DNA of 64,000 nucleotides from an uncultured virus (IMG/VR IMGVR_UViG_3300009008_000008) (taxonomy: Duplodnaviria; Heunggongvirae; Uroviricota; Caudoviricetes). The stretch is from IMG/VR virus record IMGVR_UViG_3300009008_000008, positions 1 through 64,000 of that record; one strand, 5' to 3'. This document shows, piece after piece, positions 28,801 through 38,577 of this stretch. The position numbers and the translations under genes are program-made. Position 1 is the first letter of the stretch. The number at the start of each line of letters is the position of its first letter. The notes beneath the pieces are model-generated. The model searched no databases. It saw nothing but the letters and a program-made list of their open reading frames with translations, and was not told the origin of the DNA.

Positions 28801-29109
28801 TTGCCTCTCATCGGCTCCGCTAAGAGTCCAATCACTGAAGGGTAGGGTACTCATGAGGTCTACAGCCGCGCCGGCGATAGGGTCGTGGTAGTAGATATCC
28901 GTGTAAATGTCAAACAGTTGGCGAGGGTCGGAGGGTATTACACCATCCAGCATACCGTCCTTGATGGCTCCGAGTCCGGTATAACCCATCTGCATGTTGA
29001 CATTACCACCACCCATACCAAAGGGTGACATCTGATAACTGGATCTTACCTGAGGACGTTGGTCTGTCACAGATGCCCGTACGGCTATCTTCCGGCTACT
29101 TTGAAACAC
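25858..29109 (-). CDS. portal protein containing an intein
   Basis: between terminase and protease; YYHDPIAGAAVDLMSTLPF portal-like N-region; about 594-aa extein. Confidence 0.8.
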   Translation of the reverse strand: MFQSSRKIAVRASVTDQRPQVRSSYQMSPFGMGGGNVNMQMGYTGLGAIKDGMLDGVIPSDPRQLFDIYTDIYYHDPIAGAAVDLMSTLPFSDWTLSGADERQLEVFESNLDRLNMRSLMPEMSVDYLVLGTFVSTLVFKKAEKLFTDLIPQNIADCTVIPTPLYGTDPLIKMKIGADMKEFINSREPHIERLKERLSPGMLRAMRAPEVTLDPLTTLYVPRRSFTFNNRGTSLYHRLLPIYFLEKILYRGTLTEAAKRQRSILHIVAGDEDWEPTDEELKAIVALFQQADLDPVGAMIATRDDVNTNEIRSGGDSWKWTDTIPETSNLKMQALGINEGFLCLAEGSYVHTERGLIPIDQLYDRRGLRKDQGYTTDLLVKGRSGEFAKAIHWWYRGKSPVVKTTTQSGYNVTTTKKHEVLTLGQDLRPEWVPVKRLQKSDYLCIDTQGQEATEPLRLNLTDYLVKGGWSQKAATKPTEMTPDLAYVLGLIVSEGTLKKKNVVSITNSNLGVLDRYQEAFTSVFGVVPERTLSSPKGRRYNIKGVTGTSNSDVYKMSFEEVKVVHWLKELGVVQKRKSEVNNPSAYRVVPWSILQAPTECRLAFIAAFLDGDGSVAQRKDTVALRFCSSSGQLLDQMQILLADLGVPSFRMTDHPKWLSVIRYFGNKFYRRLRPWLAHTEKNQYDVREADLQGRTFGVPIPPIRNFLASRWIRRETNVGEWFENAEGQPVLIEGFGHRTSKYLGSTVGKGKHRDGVLPYSNFEKGLYSDLLDILEQIDPVVVRRLVRLSELQYFFDPVQEVKPAGTSHLYDLTMEHKVAPAFVSNGIVVHNSGDMSYGTMEVALSVFIEHMRAFRDMTTHRVFYNKLFPLISVINGFEKEEDAPKPNPYYRHRTPEESAARRTTPMLTTDMVQWYTADTSKLVIPTMHWHKALRPEADTEYLTVLETLTEKGVPVPLRMWAAAGGLSVDSLMSDLEEDAEIKDRIKELKGGGDDEDDDDFSFSGLRSIKRQTLTDRDFGDLAELSTTDKAGKKRHVFNQTRANKAINDKIIKAVREIAKEPNNKRRQRMAQRFIGRRNPYGDVS
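26620..28086 (-). mobile_element. 489-aa intein with LAGLIDADG endonuclease domain
   Basis: L|CLAEGS (block A), TTKKHEV (block B), LGLIVSEG and IAAFLDGDG, YDLTM...FVSNGIVVHN|S. Confidence 0.95.
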
Positions 29110-29335
29110 GGCTGTTCTCCACAGGGAGGGCTACGCGGTGACCGAGACAAACATAGGCAGGAATGTTATCAGCACATTCCAAAACCTCCATCTGTTTGCC
29201 ACACCCAGGCACAGGGCAGACCCCTGCTTCAGTATTGGAGACACGGGCCATCTCTTTCTTGGCACCATCGGTTGACGCGGTGGCCACATTTGGCACGCGT
29301 GGTGGTGCCAGCGGGTTTTTCAGGTCACGTTTCAT
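29096..29335 (-). CDS. small zinc-finger-like protein
   Basis: CPVPGC...CLGHR; AAGGA SD. Confidence 0.65.
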   Translation of the reverse strand: MKRDLKNPLAPPRVPNVATASTDGAKKEMARVSNTEAGVCPVPGCGKQMEVLECADNIPAYVCLGHRVALPVENSRVSK

Positions 29336-29401
29336 ATCGGTATCCTTTTCGGATTAACGTTCCAATAAAATTAGTGTGGGCTATAGGTGGGAGAGTACTA
29401 C

Positions 29402-31645
29402 CTATCTTCTTCTTTGAGCAATGGCCCCTTGGTTGTTCCTACTTGGATCCTGTGCTAAGGTTCCAGAATTCGTTGACAGTGCACCTATACCTTCTGCCAC
29501 CCCGATAGGTTGCCGAAGTGGAGTTCCGAGTACACCTACCCCGCGTCTACGGCTTCGGTCCTTGTTCAACAGGTGGCGTTTTACCAAGTCTTCATCAAAT
29601 AGTTGTGACAGGCACAGGGCAGCCGCTCGGAACAAGTCGTCCGTCAGGTTCATGCCTTTGGTGACGGTTTTTCCAGTATCGTTGACGGTTAAACACTGGA
29701 AATAAAAGTGACTGACAGGCTTGTACCGAAAGCATTTTGGGTACGTTCCTTGATCAATTTCCAGGATATCTTTGGTTGGCATCTCTGCCCTCGGTAAGAC
29801 TACCTTTGGTTGCTCATCCTCTAGGTAGTCGCGGACATACACAAAGTCAGGGTACTTCATGCTATACTGGAACGCCAAGATACCAAGCTCTTCCTCCACA
29901 TCGTGCAAGAGTTTCAAGCTATTCCATCGGTCGGCCACCACTATACCGACATTGAGTTCCTTGATAAGTGGATAAATGAGATCTCGGGCCAGCTTCGAGT
30001 AGTTTAGTACCACCAAGTCTTTTGTCGGCGCCACCTCCACAAAAGTGTCAAGGTGGTATGTAACCTCCCCATCCAGTGACTCCCGCGGGTGTCCGATAAC
30101 AAGGGCAAAGCTGTTGTTGGAGAATCCTGCGTCGATAGCAAGGAGACTACGCCTTACCTTGGACTCGGTACGAACGTTTTCGACCGATGCTGCCCGCATA
30201 CGGCGTCCTGCTTGGTCTTTTTTGTGCATATATTGGTATTGTACTCTATTGGTTCCACTGGCTAGCCTATACAGCAACTGGCCGTTATGTATGAAGGGGT
30301 TTTCGTTTAGGGGAGGGTTGGCACCGTAATCCCGTTCTGCTTTCATGGGATTTTCTTGGTACACTTTCTGGATATCAGGAGAGTCCTGTGGAAGGTCAGG
30401 ATTCATTTCCCAGGTAGGGAGGTGAACAGTAAACACCTGACTTGAGTTAGCGTGGTCTCGTACCAACGTCATAATCCTATCACGTGGATGGCTTGGGCTG
30501 CTAATGTTAAAAGCATAGGCAGTAGGGACGTTGTGGTACCCTTGTTCCAACAACCGACGGGCCTTGGCTCGGATAGTCAACAACGACCTGTCCAGAGCCG
30601 TATAGATTTCGTCGGCACCCGCACGTTCCTTACTATCACTATCCCCTTCATTCAGGAACCACCCAAGCTCGTCAATCGCGGTTAAAAATCGGGTATCCCC
30701 ACGAAGAGTCCTTTTATTGGGTCCAGAAGGATACATAACAAGTGACCGGTGTGGGTACTCCACGATCTGGTCCTTTAGCTTGTACACCTCCTCGCCATAC
30801 TTTTGACCGTAATAGTCTAGTACCTCATGGTAAGCCTGGAACCAAGGGCTGCCTGTAAGGTGATTGTGAAGAGGTGCCCAGAGAAGACGGAGAGCACGAT
30901 TGAACGTCAGGGCAACAAAGGTGGCGGTCAAGATAGAACCGCGCATGAGGCCAAAGACCTCAAGAGGTTTCTGGAGCTTGAGGTACTTATGAATCAGGTA
31001 GGCAGAGAATAGTGCCACAGCACTCGACTTGCCCGCCCTTTGACCAACGCACGCCGCCAACTCCGCATAAGAGTGAAGCCGGTTCCTTCTTACCCATCCA
31101 CGCTTAGTATGCCCACACTTAGGACACGTACCATGCTTCAACATCGTGATCTTGTCAGGAAAGTCGGCAGCGGGGAAATCCACAGGGACGTTGGTGATGT
31201 CCATGAACCGAGGACTACTACACCTTTTATTTGGACACCACTCTCCAAACAGGTGTAGGCCAATAGCTAACTGACGGGCAAAGGGCGGGGTATCCAAACC
31301 ATCTTTGGACATACAGAACTCAAAGAAGTTTGGAAACTCTGGTACATCTCGGTCATCGATGCGGATATCAGGTGGTACCTTGTTATGCGAAGCAAAGGCT
31401 TGATCCAGCATTTTGACCAGTTGGAGTTCCTGGCCATGAGCTTCACCGTCCGACATATTAAGCCCTTCCTGGACCTCTGTGGACCTCCTCCGCCCTTTTC
31501 TCTTTTTTCCCGGCATTTGCATATCCAGCAGTTCTGCGATGCTGGAGACTGTCTCTCGACCCTCGTACCGATCACATAGGTGTTGGTGGCTTTTGTCGGG
31601 GTCCCGACAACTCACGTACAAGACACAGGATAGGCAACTACTCAC
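29402..31645 (-). CDS. terL: terminase large subunit
   Basis: GQRAGKS Walker A, AIDELG Walker B, ISSP, AIDAG nuclease Asp, TDDL. Confidence 0.88.
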   Translation of the reverse strand: MSSCLSCVLYVSCRDPDKSHQHLCDRYEGRETVSSIAELLDMQMPGKKRKGRRRSTEVQEGLNMSDGEAHGQELQLVKMLDQAFASHNKVPPDIRIDDRDVPEFPNFFEFCMSKDGLDTPPFARQLAIGLHLFGEWCPNKRCSSPRFMDITNVPVDFPAADFPDKITMLKHGTCPKCGHTKRGWVRRNRLHSYAELAACVGQRAGKSSAVALFSAYLIHKYLKLQKPLEVFGLMRGSILTATFVALTFNRALRLLWAPLHNHLTGSPWFQAYHEVLDYYGQKYGEEVYKLKDQIVEYPHRSLVMYPSGPNKRTLRGDTRFLTAIDELGWFLNEGDSDSKERAGADEIYTALDRSLLTIRAKARRLLEQGYHNVPTAYAFNISSPSHPRDRIMTLVRDHANSSQVFTVHLPTWEMNPDLPQDSPDIQKVYQENPMKAERDYGANPPLNENPFIHNGQLLYRLASGTNRVQYQYMHKKDQAGRRMRAASVENVRTESKVRRSLLAIDAGFSNNSFALVIGHPRESLDGEVTYHLDTFVEVAPTKDLVVLNYSKLARDLIYPLIKELNVGIVVADRWNSLKLLHDVEEELGILAFQYSMKYPDFVYVRDYLEDEQPKVVLPRAEMPTKDILEIDQGTYPKCFRYKPVSHFYFQCLTVNDTGKTVTKGMNLTDDLFRAAALCLSQLFDEDLVKRHLLNKDRSRRRGVGVLGTPLRQPIGVAEGIGALSTNSGTLAQDPSRNNQGAIAQRRR

Positions 31646-32237
31646 TTTTTTGTTCCTGCATCATCTTAGTTAACCGAGTCAATGTATCTGGTTTGGCTTT
31701 CCCTGACGGAGGCGCGTGCTGACGTCCTAACCAAGATTCCAGAAATTTATCGCGCACTCGGTTGTCAAGCGCCAATAAATCCGCCAGCTTATGGATGACC
31801 TTCAGGACCACCAACTGAGAGGTAACTTCCCGTATCTTCCCTACGGATGCCTGTACACCACTGTCATCCGTCATCATGTTAAGGGTTTGCTGGGCGGCGG
31901 ATATCGCAGGTTCAAGGGCCATGGAGATTGTACTAATGTCATGGATCAGGAACTCACGGAGCTCAGAGATGGTTGAGTCCAGGCCATCCACCCACTCCTT
32001 CCGGTCTTTTTCCGGTACTTTAATGGTATCAACAACCCGATCCTGGATGTTATGTAGGGGCGAACCTGTTCCTGCCCGAAGCTTTATAGGTCGCCTTTTG
32101 TCGGTGATAAAAGGGTTGTAGGCTCTTCGTTTTATAAAACAGGAGCCTCCCTCGGCAGAGTCTGGAACCGACCCCATGTATTGTTGCTCAAGACGGTCGA
32201 GGATTCCCTCTTGGTCAGTCTTCTCCCTCGTCGCCAT
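31638..32237 (-). CDS. hypothetical protein
   Basis: GAGGA SD; overlaps both neighbours. Confidence 0.7.
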   Translation of the reverse strand: MATREKTDQEGILDRLEQQYMGSVPDSAEGGSCFIKRRAYNPFITDKRRPIKLRAGTGSPLHNIQDRVVDTIKVPEKDRKEWVDGLDSTISELREFLIHDISTISMALEPAISAAQQTLNMMTDDSGVQASVGKIREVTSQLVVLKVIHKLADLLALDNRVRDKFLESWLGRQHAPPSGKAKPDTLTRLTKMMQEQKSE

Positions 32238-33564
32238 CTGATATATCCTCTAGGTAGGTATCTAGGTTTTGCCGTTTCTTCTCGCCCTCATCAGTAGCCA
32301 ACTCCTGGGCTTCTCCGGCTTTTAAATCCCGGACCCGCATACGCTTAAAGTCTTGCGCCAACTGGAACGAGAAAGGATCCTGATTACGGGCTTTGGCTTG
32401 TCGGATATCAAGGATACCCGTCTCACGGTTCTCATCGGTCATCACCCAGAACCAAGCATTGTTGCTGTGTTCCACGATGGACCGAGCGTACCGGATCTCA
32501 CCTTCCTTGTTAAGCTGTGCCAACAGGACGATGATGATCTTGTGGGTCTCTGCAAATATCTTACAAAATCGGGCTACCTTACCCAGCTGTTGCCAGCTAT
32601 CATCCCCGTCCACCCCTTTGAGGAGGGAGATATAATCAATAATGATTACCTGGTACCCGTAAGGTTTCAGGATAAACAGTATTTCTTCGACGGTCAGGTC
32701 TTCCTGTGGTTTGAAAATCGAGTACCTGGTTTCGCTGGCTCGGAGGGCATCAACATACTTTCGGTACGCCCTGGTGGTTTTTCTGTTCTCCCTCTTTGTA
32801 ACCTTGCGTAACATGTACTTGGTTACCTCGACCCCGGATAAGGAACTCATCAGACGGGCGGTAGACTCCTCCTCTGACATTTCAAGGGGAACCAAAGCAC
32901 AGTCATGACCAGCCAACGTCATGTTGATCAACAATTGGCCTGCCAACGTGGTTTTACCACCACCTGTTGTTGAGGCGATCGTCATCAAGGAACCCTGAAA
33001 AATACCACCATTCCTTTTATCAAAGGTGCGGAATCCTGTAGGTACCAACGGGGCCCTATCATTAGACAACAAGGCTTTCACTACACGGGAGCTGTTGTTT
33101 TCCCGACCAAAATGGAGTAAGTGGTGTTCGGACCCTGTAGAGCGGGCCCTCATAAGTGCCCGACTGTTCTTCTCCAAGATAATGTCAAGGTCCAACTTTT
33201 TCTCTGTCAGAGCCTCGATGGTTTTTTCTGCGTTGTGGAACAACAGGCGTAGCTTACGGTACTTCTCCAAAGCACTTACCATGCTGTCCAGCTTTTCTTT
33301 GCTTTGGGCCTCTCGTTGTTTACTGGCCAAGAGGATTTGCCTGTTATCTTCAGGTATGACAGGATCCGCGCATATCTCACTGTAATCAGGTATGGTACCT
33401 TTTGTGCGTACAAGGGAGGACAGGCGCCTATAGGCAGCACGGGTGGGCTCATAGAAAAAGTGTTCGTCAGACACTCTTCCCAGTAGGATGGAGGCCAAAC
33501 TGTCGGGAGACTGGCAAATGGACAGGATGGTCTTGAGCTCTAGTTCGACGGATAGTAGCTTCAT
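32215..33564 (-). CDS. dnaB: DnaB-like replicative helicase
   Basis: ASTTGGGKT, LEMS, IIIDYISLL, LAQLN, KARN. Confidence 0.92.
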   Translation of the reverse strand: MKLLSVELELKTILSICQSPDSLASILLGRVSDEHFFYEPTRAAYRRLSSLVRTKGTIPDYSEICADPVIPEDNRQILLASKQREAQSKEKLDSMVSALEKYRKLRLLFHNAEKTIEALTEKKLDLDIILEKNSRALMRARSTGSEHHLLHFGRENNSSRVVKALLSNDRAPLVPTGFRTFDKRNGGIFQGSLMTIASTTGGGKTTLAGQLLINMTLAGHDCALVPLEMSEEESTARLMSSLSGVEVTKYMLRKVTKRENRKTTRAYRKYVDALRASETRYSIFKPQEDLTVEEILFILKPYGYQVIIIDYISLLKGVDGDDSWQQLGKVARFCKIFAETHKIIIVLLAQLNKEGEIRYARSIVEHSNNAWFWVMTDENRETGILDIRQAKARNQDPFSFQLAQDFKRMRVRDLKAGEAQELATDEGEKKRQNLDTYLEDISDGDEGED

Positions 33565-34226
33565 AGGACTTCCCTATTAACCGTCAAATAGGCGGAAAAA
33601 TGGAGTGGGTAAAATAATTGGCGCCTAAAGAAGGAAATGGGGTCGGTACCTGTAGTTACAACGATCCTTGGAATCTCACCGTATAACTCCAGTATGTCAC
33701 GTAACTTTTCCAGCTTGGTCTGAGTCGAGTTGACGGTCACGTTACTCAACACCAATAGGGAAGGCTTGGCTTTGGTGTCCCGTAACTTATCACCGAACCC
33801 CCCAAGTAACGTGTGCCACAATGGAAGGTCCCTGCCTGACAAGGTTTCATTAAGTGGGTGTGGTTCTTCATCGCCATTGGACTCCCTTACTTGGTTGTGT
33901 ATGCTCAATGCTTGTATCATCAGACGGAGAGCCACCAATTTTGCCTGACTATCGTTGGTGGCTCCACTAATACAATAAATGTATGGTTTTTTGAAAGGTT
34001 CTACAAAAATGCGCTTGTAGTACAGGAGTTGCTTATCCTTGTTGACCCTAACTGGTTTACGCCCTTCTACTCCAGAGGTGATGGGAGTGATATACCCAGG
34101 TAACTGGAAGGGCTTCGTTCGTAGCGTCTGCCAGCTAGCACCACGAGACACCGCCTGGTTAACAAGCGTAGTCCTCCTGTGGTCCACCCCGACATACAGC
34201 TTGTTCCTGAGAGTTCTCTGTGTCAT
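33561..34226 (-). CDS. hypothetical protein, possibly a degenerate DnaC-like helicase loader
   Basis: precedes dnaB; LLVLSNV...PRIVVTT resembles a loader core with no intact Walker motifs. Confidence 0.5.
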   Translation of the reverse strand: MTQRTLRNKLYVGVDHRRTTLVNQAVSRGASWQTLRTKPFQLPGYITPITSGVEGRKPVRVNKDKQLLYYKRIFVEPFKKPYIYCISGATNDSQAKLVALRLMIQALSIHNQVRESNGDEEPHPLNETLSGRDLPLWHTLLGGFGDKLRDTKAKPSLLVLSNVTVNSTQTKLEKLRDILELYGEIPRIVVTTGTDPISFFRRQLFYPLHFSAYLTVNREVL

Positions 34227-34328
34227 ATCACCACTATCAGTAAGGTTACACCAAAGACCAGTAAGGTGGTCCAGCGGTATTGGAAGTCAGTGAGCTCTGG
34301 ATCCTTGTTTAGATTCACGGTATACCCC

Positions 34329-34338
34329 TATTTACAGT
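34329..34338 (-). promoter_or_regulatory. ACTGTAAATA phage promoter-like motif
   Basis: exact copy upstream of the dnaB-terL-portal run. Confidence 0.5.
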
Positions 34339-34532
34339 ATGTTCTTCAAGTCCTACCAGTAAACAGAGACCTAGATAGGGCAGAAACAACCACACACCAC
34401 AGCATTTAAGCGGGAAGCCTAGGCCCCATTGTCGGCTGACGCCTCGGTGGATGAAATCCCCGTCATAGGAAAAGCGGAGACCTATCTGGAACACTGGAGT
34501 TGTAAGCCGTACCAACCATATACCACTTTCCA

Positions 34533-36065
34533 TCAAAATCTCCTGCCTATCGCGGACCTGCGTGGTTTGAGATCATCATCCAATGGCTCTTCGGCTCCAA
34601 ACTTAGGTCTGAGCTGAGCCAAATGATGGCGCATGATACCTCGGTCCCTGTCAGTCCACCGAAACTTGAGCTTCTTGAAGGTCGCACAACAGGTACGAAA
34701 ACAGTGTCGTGTCAACGACATGTTGTCAATGAAGAACTTAACCTTCGGTGTCTTCTTGCCCTCCATTGGTGTGCAGATCCGTTGTACTTCCTGTTCATAA
34801 TTCGGCGGGTTGGAGATCGGCATGATACCATAGATGGTGTCCCATCGAGGTACGTTTATCCCGGTCAACATAGTACGGCGTGCAACCACCACCCGGATCT
34901 CCCCTGTCCTGGCTTTCTCAATGATCTCCCTACGCTTTTTCTTGGATTGCTTACCAGTGAATGCCCACGCTGTCTGTTCTCCAGTAGCTTTGTTAATACG
35001 GTCCACCAGGCTGTTTATATGACTGATATGCCAACTTGGGATCAGGATATGCCGACCCTTCTGGAGGTCTCTCACCACGTGCTTAACAATCAAGCGGTCA
35101 CGACCTCGCACCTTTTCAAGAAAACGGAGGGCATAGTGCCAAAGCTTGTACTCTTTACCTTCGATGCCTGTCTCAACCATACGGACCCAAGGAATCAAGG
35201 TTTTGGTGTTAACGTCATAAGACACAGGACCCAACACGGCTGCCATAATGAAGTGCTTGAGATCCTTCCGTTCAGGTGTTGCCGTCAGCCCTACCTTGTA
35301 CCGGCTGTTGAGGCTGGCAATCACTCGGGAATACTCTAAGGCATTCCCACGATGTACCTCATCAATGATCACCAGCCCGAACATATCCCGGATCGCTTTT
35401 AATCGCTTAGGGTGCCTCAGGAAGCCCTGGTAGGTGGTGATGCATACGTCATGACGCTTGAAGTCCTCGAAGGTCTTACAGAGTCCTACAAGGGGGCGGC
35501 CCTCGAATTTTTCCACCGCCTGGATATCCGTGAACTCTGGATCATGAAAGGTCTCAAGAAATTGGAGGGCTAAGTCGTGCTGGTGGACCAAAATCAGGGT
35601 CTTAAACCCCAGACGGGCTGTTAGATCTGCCGCCATGACCGTCTTACCAGTTCTGGGCGGGGCTTTCAGGATACCGCGTTTTTTCTTTTCGAGAGCATTA
35701 ACGGCAGGCACTTGGTCAGGCCTCAATGTACCGCAAAACTCGAACGATGTTTGAGCCTTTGCCGTGGACCGGAGGTCCTTCATAGGACGTTGACGGAACT
35801 TGGGCACTACATGGGCAATCTTTTGTCGGTCCCCAGGAGGGAGACCATAATACCAAACGCCTTTTACTTGTTTACGTCGGTAAAGGGTAAACAAGCCCTT
35901 ATAAGCGGGGCATGTATCACAGACCTCGTTAGGACGATCATCCTTGTGCTCACACTTGACACACCCCTTTTCCTCGAACATGTGAGTGGTATAGGCTTTC
36001 TTCAGACGGTCGCGGTCCACCCATTGCTTAGGCACCCACACACGCTCACGGAGGACGATGTTCAT
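34533..36065 (-). CDS. superfamily 2 DNA helicase (UvsW/DEAD-like)
   Basis: APPRTGKT, IIDEVH, GLTATP, TGINVP, QEVQR. Confidence 0.9.
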   Translation of the reverse strand: MNIVLRERVWVPKQWVDRDRLKKAYTTHMFEEKGCVKCEHKDDRPNEVCDTCPAYKGLFTLYRRKQVKGVWYYGLPPGDRQKIAHVVPKFRQRPMKDLRSTAKAQTSFEFCGTLRPDQVPAVNALEKKKRGILKAPPRTGKTVMAADLTARLGFKTLILVHQHDLALQFLETFHDPEFTDIQAVEKFEGRPLVGLCKTFEDFKRHDVCITTYQGFLRHPKRLKAIRDMFGLVIIDEVHRGNALEYSRVIASLNSRYKVGLTATPERKDLKHFIMAAVLGPVSYDVNTKTLIPWVRMVETGIEGKEYKLWHYALRFLEKVRGRDRLIVKHVVRDLQKGRHILIPSWHISHINSLVDRINKATGEQTAWAFTGKQSKKKRREIIEKARTGEIRVVVARRTMLTGINVPRWDTIYGIMPISNPPNYEQEVQRICTPMEGKKTPKVKFFIDNMSLTRHCFRTCCATFKKLKFRWTDRDRGIMRHHLAQLRPKFGAEEPLDDDLKPRRSAIGRRF

Positions 36066-36208
36066 ACCAGTCGGATACCTTTTTCGTCAGGAACCATTTC
36101 CCACACCAACGTGTCCCTGCAATTTGGACAGGTCCGCGGTGGTTGGTCATCAGATAGGTCAAACCGAATAGGCCACCCACAATAGGGACATTCCTCTTCT
36201 ATTATCAT
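36062..36208 (-). CDS. small zinc-ribbon protein
   Basis: CPYC...CPNC. Confidence 0.55.
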   Translation of the reverse strand: MIIEEECPYCGWPIRFDLSDDQPPRTCPNCRDTLVWEMVPDEKGIRLV

Positions 36209-36435
36209 AACACCCTCATACCTTTGAAGCCACAAGCCGTGCAATGGACGGGGGTGGTATACACAGGTTCCCGTCCCTGCTCAAGATCATCCACAAACCG
36301 CTTTTCCAATATACCGTTGGTGTCACAAAGTTGCCCCTGGCAATTCGGGCAGGTCAACGGGATTGCCCGAGGGTATCGGCGACCGCTCCATTGGCGGTAG
36401 GTGTTCTCGCGGTTGTTTTGTTCAAGTGATTGCAT
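36205..36435 (-). CDS. small zinc-ribbon protein
   Basis: CPNC...CTAC; GGAGG SD. Confidence 0.6.
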   Translation of the reverse strand: MQSLEQNNRENTYRQWSGRRYPRAIPLTCPNCQGQLCDTNGILEKRFVDDLEQGREPVYTTPVHCTACGFKGMRVL

Positions 36436-36436
36436 G

Positions 36437-36916
36437 TCATGCCTCCCACAAACTAAAGTTGGCAAAGTACTCGGGTACAAAATAGTTACCGACTCCTGTA
36501 GATGAGGATAAAAACCCCAAAGGAAGGACTTTGGTATAATAGTGTTCATTCGCAATAATTGCGGCAATGAGGATGCCGACCGGAAAATCTACACCCGTTT
36601 CTCTTTGGGATACCTGGTGTAACTGGGTCAAAGGTACGTCCATGTTAAGGGTCTTACGTGGACGACAGGTTCTTACCCAGGCGGAAGCCCGTAAAAAACA
36701 CTGGAACCACTTATCGTCCAACGTCATGGCTGTACGGTCTTTATCCTGACGTTTTTGGGCCTTCTTTAACTTTTTCTCCTTATGGGTATTAGGACGTACC
36801 CAGAAACCCTCAAATGTCAGAAGGGGCTCGCTTTCCATGGCAAACATAAGGAGATTTTCCATCTTGGATTGCTGACCGGATAGTTTTTCATACTCTGCTT
36901 GGATCTTAGGTGTCAT
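36437..36916 (-). CDS. hypothetical protein
   Basis: GAGGA SD, operon context. Confidence 0.65.
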   Translation of the reverse strand: MTPKIQAEYEKLSGQQSKMENLLMFAMESEPLLTFEGFWVRPNTHKEKKLKKAQKRQDKDRTAMTLDDKWFQCFLRASAWVRTCRPRKTLNMDVPLTQLHQVSQRETGVDFPVGILIAAIIANEHYYTKVLPLGFLSSSTGVGNYFVPEYFANFSLWEA

Positions 36917-36918
36917 GG

Positions 36919-37443
36919 CTATTCCTCTGTAATAGGTGTGCAGGTCACCAACTCCAACTCTACGGCAATAACCTTGGTAACCAATAATTGGACCCAGCCA
37001 AACTCGTCTATGGCCTGAGCTCTTTTTACATGTTCGGGAATGTTAAGCACCACCGACTTCTTGTGTGCGGGTTGCCCGAACAATACCTGTTGGCCCACCA
37101 ATGTCCCGACAACATTCCAACCTTTGTCGTCAGGATACAGGAAGCCCTTACCGCGCCATCCCAGTTCGTTCAAACCTGCGTCTGACAAGTAGATGCGTGT
37201 GTAGTTACCAACAGGTTCGTCGTGAAGGGTAAACTGCCTGTTGATAGCGGTTGGTGTTTGGGCCCCGGCAGGAATGAACAAGAACTGGTGGTCGCTTACG
37301 ATACCCTTCACCCACACCAGCGGTTCAGGCATCACGCAAAGGGGTTCTGTTTGGACCTCTGCTTTGACAGTGTTTTGCCCTTTAATAGGTCGCCAGGCTT
37401 CTTCAGAAAATTGGGTGGCGAGGGCCATCACGTTGGGTTTCAT
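36919..37443 (-). CDS. hypothetical protein
   Basis: ATGA overlap with nrdJb. Confidence 0.65.
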   Translation of the reverse strand: MKPNVMALATQFSEEAWRPIKGQNTVKAEVQTEPLCVMPEPLVWVKGIVSDHQFLFIPAGAQTPTAINRQFTLHDEPVGNYTRIYLSDAGLNELGWRGKGFLYPDDKGWNVVGTLVGQQVLFGQPAHKKSVVLNIPEHVKRAQAIDEFGWVQLLVTKVIAVELELVTCTPITEE

Positions 37444-38060
37444 GGGCTCTCACACCTATCATATGGACAGTTAAGACAATGCTCGCAGTTCTGCTCTACC
37501 ACGAGGGCTATGTGGTGGCACTTTGGACACTCGACACAATTGGTAGGAAAGTCCCCTACCTCATCCAACGCCAGTTTACCTGCCCGTTTAGCGTAGCCTA
37601 TCTTGTGGAGGTGTTCCTCCACAATGTACCCGAGTTCTGCCACCACAGAAGGCATCCGCCGCGACCCCTGCATGTAACCACCACGAGGATCAAAAATGGC
37701 CGCCAGCTCTTCGACCACAAAGCTGACGTTACCTCCATTGCGGAACACTGCACTCACCATACGGGTAAGGGCAACGATCCACACAAAGTACTCCATATTC
37801 TTGGAGTTGATGAAAATCTCGAATGGTCGGCGGTGTTCGTGTTGGGTGCCTTCATCCAACAGAATATCATTGATCGTGACGTAGAAGGCGTGCTCAGACC
37901 AAGGCGGTTTAAAATAATAGGTTTCCCCGGGTAGAACACGAGGTCGTTTAATCTTTTCGTGCATCTGGGTAGGCTCTAGCCCAAGGTCTTCCTCTTTCTT
38001 GGCCTCTGACTTACCATGGGTTCCTGTAATAAGGGCCTTGATTACAACCGGTTCACTCAT
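37440..38060 (-). CDS. nrdJb: class II RNR C-terminal subunit NrdJb (TSCPD-domain-like)
   Basis: YVTIND, RRPFEIFINSKNM, ALTRMVSAVFR.GG, FDPRGGY, C-terminal CPKC...CLNC. Confidence 0.88.
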   Translation of the reverse strand: MSEPVVIKALITGTHGKSEAKKEEDLGLEPTQMHEKIKRPRVLPGETYYFKPPWSEHAFYVTINDILLDEGTQHEHRRPFEIFINSKNMEYFVWIVALTRMVSAVFRNGGNVSFVVEELAAIFDPRGGYMQGSRRMPSVVAELGYIVEEHLHKIGYAKRAGKLALDEVGDFPTNCVECPKCHHIALVVEQNCEHCLNCPYDRCESP

Positions 38061-38067
38061 CTTATCC

Positions 38068-38577
38068 TCACACAATATGTTCGCGTTTCGTTCGCATCTC
38101 CAGACCTTTGACAGCGGTGGAGAGTGCCCAAGCACACTTGTCTATATCAGTTAAAACGTGGTCACAGGCTTCGATGGTGGTCTTCAGCCTGTTTAAAGCA
38201 CTGTACCCCGTCTCCAACAGGGTCTTCACGTAGGTCACCTTGTCTGTCTTGGTGGTATACGGAAGCTGGCGGCCATATTGGACAAGGATATAATTGTGGA
38301 GCCCGTCAGTGGCGGCCAGTAGATGGTTATAAGTGCGACTGGTCTTCACCAAGAGGGAGACGATACGGCTCCGATAGGACTGATCCTTTGTCGAGGCGTC
38401 AATAATGGACGCCGCGTCACGAGCTTCGATAAGGTGGCCCGTGGTCGATGCCCGTAGTTTATGAAGCTCCATCACCTCGTCTATGCCACGCTCAGCAAGC
38501 ACCTTCTCTGCTTGCTGCCGAATACGGCGCCACTTGAGATATGTTTGGTCCTTACGGAGCAAAGGTTTGATTGACAT
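38068..38577 (-). CDS. helical hypothetical protein
   Basis: 169-aa ORF in operon. Confidence 0.7.
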   Translation of the reverse strand: MSIKPLLRKDQTYLKWRRIRQQAEKVLAERGIDEVMELHKLRASTTGHLIEARDAASIIDASTKDQSYRSRIVSLLVKTSRTYNHLLAATDGLHNYILVQYGRQLPYTTKTDKVTYVKTLLETGYSALNRLKTTIEACDHVLTDIDKCAWALSTAVKGLEMRTKREHIV

